Positions 31,262 to 41,157 of a DNA stretch of 64,000 bases are shown here, piece by piece (the first letter of the stretch is position 1; every line of letters begins with the position of its first letter). The notes beneath the pieces are model-generated. The model worked only from the letters and a program-made list of their open reading frames with translations. It was not told where the DNA came from and searched no databases. The translations under genes were made by a program, and so were the position numbers. Source of the DNA: Verrucomicrobiales bacterium (lineage in GTDB: Bacteria; Verrucomicrobiota; Verrucomicrobiia; Verrucomicrobiales; SLCJ01); NCBI GenBank assembly GCA_046075565.1, contig JBJTQJ010000021.1, positions 1 to 64,000 of the forward strand, read 5' to 3'.

Positions 31262-31960
31262 TCACATGATCCCTTAGGTATCAAAGGCTTCCCGTGCGCT
31301 CATGCCGGCCTCGATGGCTTTCTTGACCAGCTTCTCGCCGCGCGTCTTTTCCAAAGCCCTGCGCATCACCTCTTCTTCGACGGCGCGGGGCACGACACAA
31401 ACCCCGTCGATGTCGCCGAAAACGATGTCGCCATCATGGATGGTCACCCCTCCCATTTCGATGGTCACCCGGAAGTCCACCACCTTCCCCCTCGGGGCCT
31501 GGTCTTGTGCGTAGCGACCGTAACTGAAAGTCGGGAATCCCATTTTCAAAATCCCCTCGGTGTCCCGGCTGTATCCATCGACCACAGCGCCCGCCGCGCC
31601 CAGGATGCTCGCCCGCGTGCTCATCAGTTCACCCCACAGGGCGTAGGTTGGTGAGGCTCCCGTGCAAATGTAGACCTCGTTGGCCTTCAAGTCATCGAGA
31701 GCTTCGAGCATGAGTCCGAAAGACCGCGCCATCACGCCGCCAGCTTTTCCATGGTAATCGGGGGAACCGACCACATCGGCCTCGAGCACGGTCATCGCCC
31801 GGCCGATCACGACCATGTCGTCGCGGAGCGGCTGGATCGCCGGCGGCAGGAACTGCCTTTGCTAACCCATTTGATCCATGATGTCGCCGACCACGGCGGT
31901 AAAAAGCTCGCGCCGGGCGGTCGCAAACAACTCGTCATCGTTTTTCCAGAGTGTGTCCAT
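31262..31960 (-). pseudogene. RraA/HMG-aldolase family protein with two in-frame stops
   Basis: One frame MDTLWKND...TAVVGDIMDQMG*QRQFLPP...WGELM...VDGYSRD...GDIDGV...AFDT*GIM; TAG at 31862-31864, TAA at 31274-31276, TGA at 31262-31264. Confidence 0.88.
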
Positions 31961-32158
31961 TGAGGGAAGATACGCAAACGGACCGTAACACCCATTCATG
32001 AATTGGGAGAGGCCCGAGGACAACCAGTGGCTACCGAAGCCGCAGCCATCCCCGGCCGCGACATAGCGGTTCCCAACCTGGCCGACGCTCTCCCGTGTTT
32101 GACATTTTCTCTTCCGTGACCTAGTTTCCCACCCCCGGCAAACCGGGTCACTTCCGAC

Positions 32159-32233
32159 GGCGAGGTAGCCAAGTGGTAAGGCAGAGCTCTGCAAAAGCTC
32201 CATTCGCGGGTTCGATTCCCGCCCTCGCCTCCA
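32159..32233 (+). tRNA. tRNA-Cys(GCA)
   Basis: GGCGAGG/CCTCGCC acceptor stem, GAGCT-CTGCAAA-AGCTC anticodon arm, GGTTCGATTCC T arm, U73 and encoded CCA. Confidence 0.97.
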
Positions 32234-32298
32234 TGGAAGCCAACTCGGGAGGCTTTTGGTGCGTAGGTAGCTGGGCAGCTCGGTCCATGGGACCAATT

Positions 32299-34068
32299 TC
32301 ACATCTTCTCCGGCACACGGATGCCGAGCAGACCGAGGCCGGTGCGGAGCACGGTGGCGGTCGCGCGGCAAAGCAGGAGGCGGGAGGCCCGGAAGGCGGC
32401 GGCGTCGGGTTTCAACACCGGGCAGGCTTCGTAGAAGGAATGGAAGGTGGTTGCCAGCTCGTAGAGGTAGTTTGCCAACAGGTTCGGGCGGAAATCGTCG
32501 AGCACGGATGGCACGGCTTCGGCAAAGCGGGCGAGTTTGAGCGCGAGGGCGAGTTCCGTCGGATCCTGGAGTTCCGGGACAATTTCCTTATCATCCACAG
32601 CGATGCCTTCGGCGGCGGCCTTGCGGAAGATGGCCTGGATACGCACGAAGGCATTCTGGAGGTAGGGCGCGGTGTTGCCTTGCAGCGAGAGCATCTTGTC
32701 CCACGAGAAAACGTAGTCGGTGAGGCGGTGCTGGGAGAGTTCGGCGTATTTGACCGCGCCGATGCCGACGATGGCGGCGATTTCCGCTTTCTCGTTCTCC
32801 GGCAGATCGGGATTCTTTGCTTCGATGGCGGCGCGGGCGCGTTCCACTGCCTCTGTTAGAACATCGGCGAGCTGGACATTGTCACCGGAACGCGTGCGCA
32901 TGAGTTTGCGGTCCTCGCCGAGGATCGAACCAAAGGCGACATGCTGGCAACGGGCTCGTTTGCCCCAGCGTTTGGCGGCATCGAAGATCTGGCGAAAGTG
33001 CAATTGCTGCGGTGCGCCCACGACATACCAGATCTCATCGGCTTTCCATTCGCGGATGCGGAAGTCGAGCGTGGCGAGATCGGTAGTGGCGTAAAGGAAT
33101 CCTCCATCGGCTTTGCGGATGATAGCGGGGTTGTCCTGCCAACCATCTTCCTTGTGCACCTTGAAGGGATCCTGTTCGGCGGGCAATTCGCCGCCGCTGA
33201 AGATGCAGACCGCGCCATCCGACTCGCGGGCCAGTCTGCTGGCGAGCATTTGTTCGACCATGGGCGCGAGGGCGTCGTTGTAATACGATTCGCCGAGCCA
33301 ATGATCGAAGCGCACATCGAGTTGATCGTAGATGCCTTGCAGTCCGCGTTTGGTAAGCGCGACACATTCCCTCCAGATGGCGAGGTTTTCCTCGTCACCA
33401 GCCTGGAGTTTGACCAACTCTGCCTTGCAGGTCTCCATGACGGCGGGGTCGGCCTTGGCGGCGGCATTGGTCTCGCGGTAGAGGCGCAAGAGTTCGGTCA
33501 CGGGATCCGAGGCGAGGGCATTTTCATCGCGGCGGGTTTTCCATCCGTGCAGGATCATGCCGAATTGGGTGCCCCAGTCGCCGATGTGGTTGTCGGTGAT
33601 CACATGGTGACCGAGAAAACGCCCGATGCGGGCGAGTGAATCGCCGATGATCGTCGAACGGATGTGGCCGACGTGCATCGGCTTGGCCACATTGGGCGCG
33701 GAAAAATCGAGCACGATCACCTTGGGCGCCTTCACGGGAGCGACACCTGCCTTTTCATCGGTGGCAATGGTGGCCACGGCGGCGGCAAGAGCCGATGGTT
33801 CGAGGCGGAAATTGATGAATCCCGGACCGGCGATGGTCGGTTCGGCGCAGAGGCCGGAGCCATTGAATGCGCCGGTGATGCGGCCCGCCAACTCGCGCGG
33901 GCTGGTCTTCGCCGCTTTGGCGAGGATCATGGCGACATTCGTCTGGTAGTCCCCGAAGCGCGCGTCCTGCGCGGCCACCACTTCGACGGGCAGATTTTCC
34001 GGCACGTCGATGCCGGCGCTGGCGAGGGCGTTCACGAGTCGGGATTGCAGTTGCGCTGGGAAGTCCAT
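32299..34068 (-). CDS. argS: Arginine--tRNA ligase
   Basis: FGDYQTN, GPGFINF, SAPNVAKPMHVGH, DWGTQFG, GNTAPYLQ, FYEACPVL. Confidence 0.97.
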   Translation of the reverse strand: MDFPAQLQSRLVNALASAGIDVPENLPVEVVAAQDARFGDYQTNVAMILAKAAKTSPRELAGRITGAFNGSGLCAEPTIAGPGFINFRLEPSALAAAVATIATDEKAGVAPVKAPKVIVLDFSAPNVAKPMHVGHIRSTIIGDSLARIGRFLGHHVITDNHIGDWGTQFGMILHGWKTRRDENALASDPVTELLRLYRETNAAAKADPAVMETCKAELVKLQAGDEENLAIWRECVALTKRGLQGIYDQLDVRFDHWLGESYYNDALAPMVEQMLASRLARESDGAVCIFSGGELPAEQDPFKVHKEDGWQDNPAIIRKADGGFLYATTDLATLDFRIREWKADEIWYVVGAPQQLHFRQIFDAAKRWGKRARCQHVAFGSILGEDRKLMRTRSGDNVQLADVLTEAVERARAAIEAKNPDLPENEKAEIAAIVGIGAVKYAELSQHRLTDYVFSWDKMLSLQGNTAPYLQNAFVRIQAIFRKAAAEGIAVDDKEIVPELQDPTELALALKLARFAEAVPSVLDDFRPNLLANYLYELATTFHSFYEACPVLKPDAAAFRASRLLLCRATATVLRTGLGLLGIRVPEKM

Positions 34069-34321
34069 GGTCTGGTGCGGGAAGAACGGGAAACTTGGCA
34101 CAATGTGCCTTTGCTGGCCACCGGGGAATCAAAGAAAAACCCAGAGAGCAGTATGCGTTTCTGATTGCTCGGCCTTCTCACAACAACAAGGAGCATGGGC
34201 GTCCCGTTCGGGAGCGGGAGGGGCGTGGGCAATATGCCCGCGCTCATGCTCTTTTCTCTTGTGAAGGCGAGGGTCGCCCGGCCAGTCGGATGCTGGATCG
34301 CGAAAATAGACAGCAGCCAGC

Positions 34322-35116
34322 TCACCTCGCCCACTCGCCGGCGGCAGTGCTGAGCACGGGAAGTTGGCCGCGTCCGGTGGGCACGTAGTCGGTTTTCCCC
34401 ATCGCACCGTAAAGGGGAACTCCGACGGCGGAGCGCCATTTTGCGCTCATGCTTTCGCCGGTATGGCAACCCCAGCTTTTGCAAAACGCCTTCTTGTCGA
34501 AAGCAGAGCGGCTGAGCTTTTTCAAATCCCGCTCGTGCAGCCAGGTGCCCGAAGTCCCGCTGATTTCCGAGCTGTAGTCGAACATGAAGCAGTATTTATT
34601 CGAGTGGCCGAAGAAATCGAAGGAGACGATTTTGTTGGAGCCGCGGTTGTTGCCCCGATTGATGTAACTGATCAATTCGTCCTGATTGTTGAACCAAACT
34701 AGGCGCACTCCGCGTTTGGCGGCGAGGTTCTGCACATAGGCGGTGAGGGGTTTGCCTTCTTCACCGGCACGGCGCTGGTAGGCCGGACGATAGACCAGCC
34801 AAGTGATCGAGGAAGGCGGAACACCAAGACCGATGAGCTGGCGTGTGCGCACGTTGGAGGCGGCGAGGAAATTCGCCCACCAGCGGTCGTGTTGCTGGTG
34901 ACGGTAGCGCAGCACTTCCCAACGCCGGATGGCTGGACCGCCCGCGAGTATGAGATATTCACCCTGGAGGCGTTTGACGGCGGCGGTGTTTTCCGGCGTT
35001 CCTGCGACGGCGGGTTCCTGGGCCAGTGGGTCCGAGTTTTGCGCGGACAAGGAGCCGAACGGAAGCAACAGAGCCGTCAGGAGGAGACAGAGGAGAGAAA
35101 GTCGGGAGGAATTCAT
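34322..35116 (-). CDS. Secreted hypothetical protein with possible His/Cys dyad
   Basis: Signal peptide MNSSRLSLLCLLL; FDFFGHSN and SWGCHTG. Confidence 0.7.
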   Translation of the reverse strand: MNSSRLSLLCLLLTALLLPFGSLSAQNSDPLAQEPAVAGTPENTAAVKRLQGEYLILAGGPAIRRWEVLRYRHQQHDRWWANFLAASNVRTRQLIGLGVPPSSITWLVYRPAYQRRAGEEGKPLTAYVQNLAAKRGVRLVWFNNQDELISYINRGNNRGSNKIVSFDFFGHSNKYCFMFDYSSEISGTSGTWLHERDLKKLSRSAFDKKAFCKSWGCHTGESMSAKWRSAVGVPLYGAMGKTDYVPTGRGQLPVLSTAAGEWAR

Positions 35117-35204
35117 CGCCGGGATCCCTAGCGGTTTCCCGCCCCGCTGGCAAGGAGGAAAAAGCCGGAGGGAGGGATTCGCGTTCTGTAGAGGTGGGTT
35201 GTGC

Positions 35205-35251
35205 AACGCCTTCGCGTTCCGGGGAGGGGATATCGCGGCTCGCAAGAGGTG
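35205..35251 (+). repeat. Partial REP/BIME unit downstream of RAYT
   Basis: aacgccttcgcgttccggggaggggatatcgcggctcgcaagaggtg is a near-direct repeat of 35971-36017. Confidence 0.8.
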
Positions 35252-35254
35252 CCG

Positions 35255-35812
35255 TCAAGGGCAACGCAATCCGGTCAAGGCCCTGTGGATTGCCTCAAGC
35301 TTGTCCATAAAGTCCTCATCATGTGGAGAAAAATCCGGATAACCCGGAGCCATGCTGCCGAGGTATGGCCAGTGCTTCCAAGAAGGAACAAAGCCATCCT
35401 TTTGCGGATTCTCGAGAACGTAGGCGATGGTTGCCGGAAGCCCCTCAGGCCCCGATTCTTTTTCCACGAGCAGATGGTCGTATGCTTGCTTCTGAAAGGT
35501 TGAGCCTTTCTCCTTCAGCGCGCGGTTGAAGTGTTTCCGCAAGAATGCCATGGCTCGTAGTTGATGGGAATCCTCCGCACAGCCCTTGAGCAGGACGTGC
35601 GTGTGGTCGGGCATGAGCACATAGGCGGGACACAACATGTGGTATCGGCAAACTCTGTGGAGGAGCACTTCTCTCCAGCGGAGATGGAGATCTGGTGACA
35701 ACCATCCGGTTCTGCGATTGCGAATCGTCATGGTCCAATGCACCCAAGTATATCCAGAATAGGCCTGCTCGGGCAAACGCTTGAGATAGTCTCGCGGGCG
35801 GTCTTCATCCAT
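35255..35812 (-). mobile_element. REP-associated tyrosine transposase (RAYT/TnpA-REP, Y1 HUH family)
   Basis: VHWT, AYVLMPDHTH (HUH), FQKQAYDH, YVLENPQKDG (catalytic Tyr), W..WPY; REP palindromes on both sides. Confidence 0.88.
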
Positions 35813-35923
35813 AAGCACGACGAGATCTGCAGCGGATCGCTTGGCCATTTGCAAGACGAATCCGCATTTTTTGGATTGGTGTATCAAGATTGCTGGCTTG
35901 GCGGGGATGGAGCGTCCTTCGCC

Positions 35924-36055
35924 CGGCACCGGAAGAGGTGCCGCTAAGGGGAGACCTCAAGTCGTAGCGGAACGCCTTCGCGTTCCGGGGAGGAGACCTC
36001 GCGGCTCGGGAGAGGTGGCGCGTGCTCTCCCCGGCACCGGAAGAGGCGCCGCTAT
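35924..36055. repeat. REP cluster upstream of RAYT (A-, B+, A-)
   Basis: cggcaccggaagaggtgccgcta at 35924 and a variant at 36032; gtagcggaacgccttcgcgttccg at 35964-35987. Confidence 0.9.
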
Positions 36056-36182
36056 CGGAAACGTCTCACGTTTTTCTCAACCCTTCACGCGTCGAAGACA
36101 CAACCAATTGCCAATCCCGGGACTGTGAAATTTCCTCCGCTTGAAATGGCAGGGAAAGAAGCGAGACTGCCGAACCTACGCC

Positions 36183-37628
36183 ATGCCCCCTACTGAAAAT
36201 TCCCCCACCGCGCCATCCGCGAGCCAAGAGGTCTTGGTGGCCGGTTACCTGAGTTCCGGCAACGGGCTCGGCGAAACCGGGCGGGCGGTCGCACGTGCTT
36301 TCGGCGAGGCCGGATTAAAGGTCAGAGAATATGTCATTAGCCAAGACCACGCACATCGCCTCGAAGGACAGGAAGACGCGGCTTTGCCGGGACATGACCA
36401 CTGCCCGTTGGTGGCGTGTATGAATGCCGATAATTTGCCCCGATTGATCCGTCAGCTCGGGATAGAGGAAACGAGTCGCCGCAGGGTCATTGGGGTTTGG
36501 TTTTGGGAGACGGAATCTCCCCCGGCGTATGCGGATAAGGCTTATCCGCTGGTCGATGAAATCTGGACGGCAAGCGAGTTCACGCGCGGTGCATTCCTGC
36601 GGAATTCGCCCGTGCCGGTGCGTGTCTTTCACCATCCCGTCGATGTCACCGCCCTCGAGTCTGCGGTCGTGCCGGATGCCTACACGTGGCCGGGCAAGTT
36701 CGTCTATTCCTTTACCTTTGACTATCACAGCGGGTTTGACCGGAAGAACCCCCAGGCAGTCTGCGCAGCATTCCGGACAGCTTTTCCAGAGCCCGGCCTT
36801 GCCCTGCCTTGCGGACGAGTTCCCATGTTGGTGATCAAATCGGTCGGCGGGAATAAATTTCGGATCGAGTCGGAGGAACTTGTGCGCGCGGGCGGGGGTA
36901 GGCCGGACATCCTTTTTCTCGACGCATTTGTTTCGTCAGCGGATCGGGACGGCTTGGCAAGGCGGGCCGATGCCGTTGTCTCCCTGCACCGTTCGGAAGG
37001 ACTTGGCTTGACCCTCCTGGAGGCCATGGCTTTGGGCAAACCTTGTATCGCCACCGGCTATTCCGGCAATCTCGCCTTTATGAATGAGGAAAATAGTTTT
37101 CTGGTGCGCTACCATCTCAAGGCGGTTGGGCCGGGCAGTATTCATTACCCGGTTGATGATTTTTGGGCCGAACCTGATACCGCAGACGCGGCCGAGTTGA
37201 TCCTCAAGGTTGCCCGCGAGCCGGAGCACGCCATGGCCGTAGGCTCGCGAGCCCGGGAGCAGGTGCGGGCGCGTCATACCCACGCGGCGGTTGGGTTGGA
37301 ATTGGCGCGGTCCCTCGCGGAGTTGTCGGCCAGCCCGACGCGCGTGAAAGATTATTCCAGTTTGATCTCAACGCACGCACGGGCCGGAAAGGTATTGTCC
37401 GACTTGGAGGCGGGGATCAAACAGAGACGTGCCCAAAGTAAATCCTCCCGCAATGGTTCCCCGAACTCCGGGACCATCGAAGATGTCTACTCGGAAATGC
37501 TCGAACTGGTGAAGGCGCAGCGGCTGATCCGCCAGTCCATCAAGGAAAAAGAAGATCAGCTAAACCAGCGCATCGCTTATCTGGAGAAGATTATCCAGAG
37601 CCTCGTCAAGCAGCAGCAGGATGGTTGA
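36183..37628 (+). CDS. Glycosyltransferase family 4 with C-terminal coiled coil
   Basis: GLGETGR, WFWET, RKNP, SLHRSEGLGLTLLEAMALGKP. Confidence 0.88.
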   Translation: MPPTENSPTAPSASQEVLVAGYLSSGNGLGETGRAVARAFGEAGLKVREYVISQDHAHRLEGQEDAALPGHDHCPLVACMNADNLPRLIRQLGIEETSRRRVIGVWFWETESPPAYADKAYPLVDEIWTASEFTRGAFLRNSPVPVRVFHHPVDVTALESAVVPDAYTWPGKFVYSFTFDYHSGFDRKNPQAVCAAFRTAFPEPGLALPCGRVPMLVIKSVGGNKFRIESEELVRAGGGRPDILFLDAFVSSADRDGLARRADAVVSLHRSEGLGLTLLEAMALGKPCIATGYSGNLAFMNEENSFLVRYHLKAVGPGSIHYPVDDFWAEPDTADAAELILKVAREPEHAMAVGSRAREQVRARHTHAAVGLELARSLAELSASPTRVKDYSSLISTHARAGKVLSDLEAGIKQRRAQSKSSRNGSPNSGTIEDVYSEMLELVKAQRLIRQSIKEKEDQLNQRIAYLEKIIQSLVKQQQDG

Positions 37629-37633
37629 ATGCG

Positions 37634-38230
37634 TCAAGTCCCGAGCGGCAGCCAATCCTGCGGTCGGTGGAAATCGGGTTGGCCGGGCGAGCCGGGCGAG
37701 GGTGCGGCAAAGGTGGCAAATTTCTGACGTGGGTCGTTGCCTAAGCAGAAGGTGGCATTACCTCGCCACTGCGCTGGATCGGAGCCGATGGCTTCGGTCA
37801 GAGAGGCGAGGGGAATACGCAGGCGGGCTTCCCAATGGGCGATGCCTTCGAGGGCCTCGGTGGTCACGCCCGGCAAAGGAAAGTTTTCCACAAGCGCGCG
37901 CCCGCGCGGGGCTTCGAAGAGACACGACCACCAGGCTCCATTGGGCGCGAGATTGAATTCCATGTAGTGGCCGTTCTGTGGATTGGCTAGGAAAAGTTCC
38001 GCGCAATCGTGTTGCCAGAGTCCTTCGTGGAATTCCCCGGATGCTGAACCGATGAGCGACGATGGTGTTTTGCGGGCGGTGACGAGCAACTCGATGTATT
38101 CACCCGGTTCGATGACGATGCGGAAAGCGGGCTGCGCTTCTAGGGGTGCGCCGCTCCAGTCGGTGTGGATGGTATTGAATCGCGGCCGTTCAGCCGGAGC
38201 CTGGACGGGCAAGTGGGACGGTTGGTCCAT
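37634..38230 (-). CDS. DOMON/CBM9-like domain protein
   Basis: GLWQHDCAELFL, YMEFNLAPNGAW, WEARLRIP, PDFH. Confidence 0.7.
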   Translation of the reverse strand: MDQPSHLPVQAPAERPRFNTIHTDWSGAPLEAQPAFRIVIEPGEYIELLVTARKTPSSLIGSASGEFHEGLWQHDCAELFLANPQNGHYMEFNLAPNGAWWSCLFEAPRGRALVENFPLPGVTTEALEGIAHWEARLRIPLASLTEAIGSDPAQWRGNATFCLGNDPRQKFATFAAPSPGSPGQPDFHRPQDWLPLGT

Positions 38231-38258
38231 GGCGCGGGGGTTGGGTGTCGCCTTGTGA

Positions 38259-39794
38259 TTAATAGCTGCGGGCCCAGAGGGCGCGGCGGGTGGTCGACCG
38301 TCCGGTGAGGAGACATGGCGCTTCCGGCCACGAGCGCGGCGAGCCACCGGCTTCGTCGAAAGGCAAACACCGGATGGTGATGCGGAGACGTTTGGCCATG
38401 GCCTCCTCCTCTTCGGTTGAACCATCCCACGGAACCACCATCCATTGACCGGGACCGGAGTCGGCGAAGTTCGCCTCGAAAGCGGCGAGATCGGCACACT
38501 CAACCATGTTCGCGTCGCGTAGGGCGGTCGCGCGCTCTAACAAACTCGCTTGCACCTCGGCCAGCAGTTCGGGCACGGTGCGGAGGAAATCCTCGCGGCT
38601 GACGAATTCCTTCTGCGCCACCGCTTGGTCGCGGCGTTGCAGGCAGACCTTGCGGGTTTCCAGATCGCGCGGGCCGACTTCGATGCGGATGGGCACACCT
38701 TTCTTGATCCATTCCCATCTCTTCGTGCCTCCATTGAGGTCGCGTGTGTCGACATGGACGCGGATCGGTTCGCCGTCCCAGAGAATGCGGCGCAGGGTTT
38801 CGGCGAGGGCATGGCAGGAATCGATCACGGCCTGGCGTGTATCTTCCTTCGGCGTGACCGGCAGAATCACAATCTGGCTGGGCGCGACTTTCGGCGGGAT
38901 GATCACACCATCATCATCACCGTGGGCCATGATGAGCGTGCCAATCATCCGGGTGGAGACACCCCATGAGGTCGTCCACGCATGCTGGCGGGTGTTGTCG
39001 CGTCCGACGAATGAGATATCCTGCGCCTTGGCGAAATTCTGGCCGAGGAAGTGGCTGGTGCCAGCCTGGATGGACTTGCGATCCTGCACCATGGCTTCAA
39101 CGGTCAGGGTCATGTCCGCGCCCGGGAATCGTTCGCTCTCGGTCTTTTCGCCGGCGATGACGGGAATGGCCAGCCAGTCGCGGAGGAATTCCGCATAGAC
39201 TTTGTGCATTAGTTTTGTTTCGACAATCGCTTCCTCCGCCGTCTCGTGCGCCGTATGGCCTTCCTGCCAAAGGAATTCGGCTGTGCGCAGGAACAAGCGC
39301 GGGCGCATCTCCCAGCGCATGACATTCGCCCACTGGTTGATGAGCAATGGCAAATCGCGGTAACTCTGCGTCCAGCGCGCGAAGGCAGCGCCGATCACCG
39401 TCTCCGAAGTCGGGCGGATGACAAACGGTTCGGTCAGTTCGCCCGTGGGCACGAGTTTGGTCGTGCCGTCCGGCTGCTTTTGTTTTTCCAAACGATGGTG
39501 CGTGACGACCGCACATTCGGTGGCAAAACCCTCCGCGTGTTCGGCTTCTTTTTCGAGATAGGACAACGGGATGAGCAACGGGAAATAGGCGTTCTGGTGG
39601 CCGGTCTCTTTGAAGCGGCGGTCGAGGGTCTTCTGGATCAATTCCCAGATGCCGTAGCCCCAGGGTTTGATGACCATACATCCGCGGACCTCGGAGTTTT
39701 CGGCGAGATCGGCGGCGCGCACGACCTGCTGATACCATTCGGGGAAATCTTCGGCGCGGGTGGGAGAAATGGCGGTGGATGCGTTCGATGCCAT
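38259..39794 (-). CDS. proS: Proline--tRNA ligase (archaeal/eukaryote-like type)
   Basis: RPTSET, QWANVMRWE, FLRTAEFLWQEGHT, QAGTSHFLGQNF, SWGVSTR, terminal RSY. Confidence 0.97.
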   Translation of the reverse strand: MASNASTAISPTRAEDFPEWYQQVVRAADLAENSEVRGCMVIKPWGYGIWELIQKTLDRRFKETGHQNAYFPLLIPLSYLEKEAEHAEGFATECAVVTHHRLEKQKQPDGTTKLVPTGELTEPFVIRPTSETVIGAAFARWTQSYRDLPLLINQWANVMRWEMRPRLFLRTAEFLWQEGHTAHETAEEAIVETKLMHKVYAEFLRDWLAIPVIAGEKTESERFPGADMTLTVEAMVQDRKSIQAGTSHFLGQNFAKAQDISFVGRDNTRQHAWTTSWGVSTRMIGTLIMAHGDDDGVIIPPKVAPSQIVILPVTPKEDTRQAVIDSCHALAETLRRILWDGEPIRVHVDTRDLNGGTKRWEWIKKGVPIRIEVGPRDLETRKVCLQRRDQAVAQKEFVSREDFLRTVPELLAEVQASLLERATALRDANMVECADLAAFEANFADSGPGQWMVVPWDGSTEEEEAMAKRLRITIRCLPFDEAGGSPRSWPEAPCLLTGRSTTRRALWARSY

Positions 39795-39935
39795 GGGAAA
39801 TTCGGGAAAGACCGGATCATCCGCTCGGTTGACCTTCGCGCCAAGGGATTTCTCTCTTTGTCAGCGGATAATGCGAAGAAAATTCGCGACCGGGAATGCC
39901 GCTTGAGGAGCGGGGAAATCCGCGCATGTTGATCC

Positions 39936-40991
39936 ATGGAGCCGTCGGCCCCCACCTTGCCTCCGCCGAAACGCCGACGCTTTTTCACTTGGCGGCGATG
40001 TGTGTTCGCTTTCCTCGCAGCTTTGCCTTGCCTCTGGCTGGGCGGAGTCGGGGTGCTCTCGGGTTGGCAACTGGCCCGTCCGCCCGGCCGGGAAGCCGGC
40101 GAACAACAGCGCCGCGAAATGGCCGATCCCACCCGAATCGGCTTGCGCGTGCAATCGGCCCGCACGGGCTCCGGCATTCCCTATTTTCTAGTCACTCCCG
40201 ACCCGGTGGCAGGTCCGGGCGAACGCGGGGCCAAACTCCGCGCCGAACTCGCCGCCATGGGCGAGACCCTGCCCGCCTACGGGTTCACCGACGCCACCAT
40301 GGTCCTCCTGCACGGTCGCAACTCCTCGAAAGATCGTCTTCTGGGCGTGGCCGAGCGCTTCGCTGCCTCGGGATTTCGTTGTTTGATTCCCGATCTGCCC
40401 GGTCATGGGGAGTTAAAAGACCGGGGCTGCGGCTACGGAGCCGGTGCGGGCGAGGCGGGGCTGGCCCGTGAAGTCGCGGACGACGCCACCGCACGCTTCT
40501 CGTTGCCGACCGATCAACCCCGCCTGCTCTGGGGTTTTTCCATGGGTGGGTCGTTCGCCATTCATGCTGCCGCTGCCGAGCCGGCAGACTGGGCCGGGTT
40601 GGTGGTGGTGGCCAGTTTTGCCAGACTGGACGAGGTCGTGATCCCGCATCTGGCCCGATGGAGCGGCCCCGGTTTGAAGATTTCCCGTCGGGTGGCCGGT
40701 TGGGCTGCCAGCCAAGCGGGCGGACTCGAACCCTGGAAAGTGCGCCCCGCCACCGCCGCGGCGAAAACCACCACACCGACCCTCATCCTGCACGGCGACG
40801 AGGACCCATTTATCCCGGTTAGCCAAGGCCGCCGCCTTTTCGAATCCCTCGGTGCCCGCGATAAGAGCTGGGTTGAGGTCAAAGGTGCCAACCATTGGAC
40901 CGTGCTGGGCACACCCCAGCCGGTTTACGCCGAAATGACCCGATGGGCCCGCCAGCATGCCCGAAGCTGGACGCCGCCCGAGACCAGTTGA
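39936..40991 (+). CDS. Alpha/beta hydrolase with N-terminal TM anchor
   Basis: LLHG, DLPGHG, GFSMG, HGDED, ANH. Confidence 0.87.
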   Translation: MEPSAPTLPPPKRRRFFTWRRCVFAFLAALPCLWLGGVGVLSGWQLARPPGREAGEQQRREMADPTRIGLRVQSARTGSGIPYFLVTPDPVAGPGERGAKLRAELAAMGETLPAYGFTDATMVLLHGRNSSKDRLLGVAERFAASGFRCLIPDLPGHGELKDRGCGYGAGAGEAGLAREVADDATARFSLPTDQPRLLWGFSMGGSFAIHAAAAEPADWAGLVVVASFARLDEVVIPHLARWSGPGLKISRRVAGWAASQAGGLEPWKVRPATAAAKTTTPTLILHGDEDPFIPVSQGRRLFESLGARDKSWVEVKGANHWTVLGTPQPVYAEMTRWARQHARSWTPPETS

Positions 40992-41157
40992 CCGGATTTG
41001 GGCGGCCGAAATCGTCGATGCGGGCGGAATTCCCGGTCTTTTGGAGAAAAATGACGGTTTTTTGAGATTTATCTTGCCTCACCACTGGAAAAAATCGCAA
41101 ACGGGGATGTATTTCCCTGTCCCAACCAACCGAACACCTAACCAACCAACACGATCC

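Noticed and set aside
30076-31960. Stop-codon reassignment or A-to-I editing explaining the in-frame stops
   Set aside because: TAA and TAG terminate normal genes here (e.g. proS, ispH, dctM); the implied residues are inconsistent (Tyr, Trp, probably Leu); editing cannot turn TAA into Tyr.
32159-32233. tRNA-Cys as integration site of an island
   Set aside because: No integrase and no duplicated tRNA 3' end noticed; argS ends 65 bp downstream.
34102-34321. T-box or other riboswitch upstream of argS
   Set aside because: An inverted repeat (gagcatgggcg/cgctcatgctc) is present, but no T-box consensus was recognised.
38259-39794. Archaeal/eukaryote-type ProRS as evidence of recent transfer
   Set aside because: This ProRS type is common in many bacterial phyla and the composition matches its neighbours.
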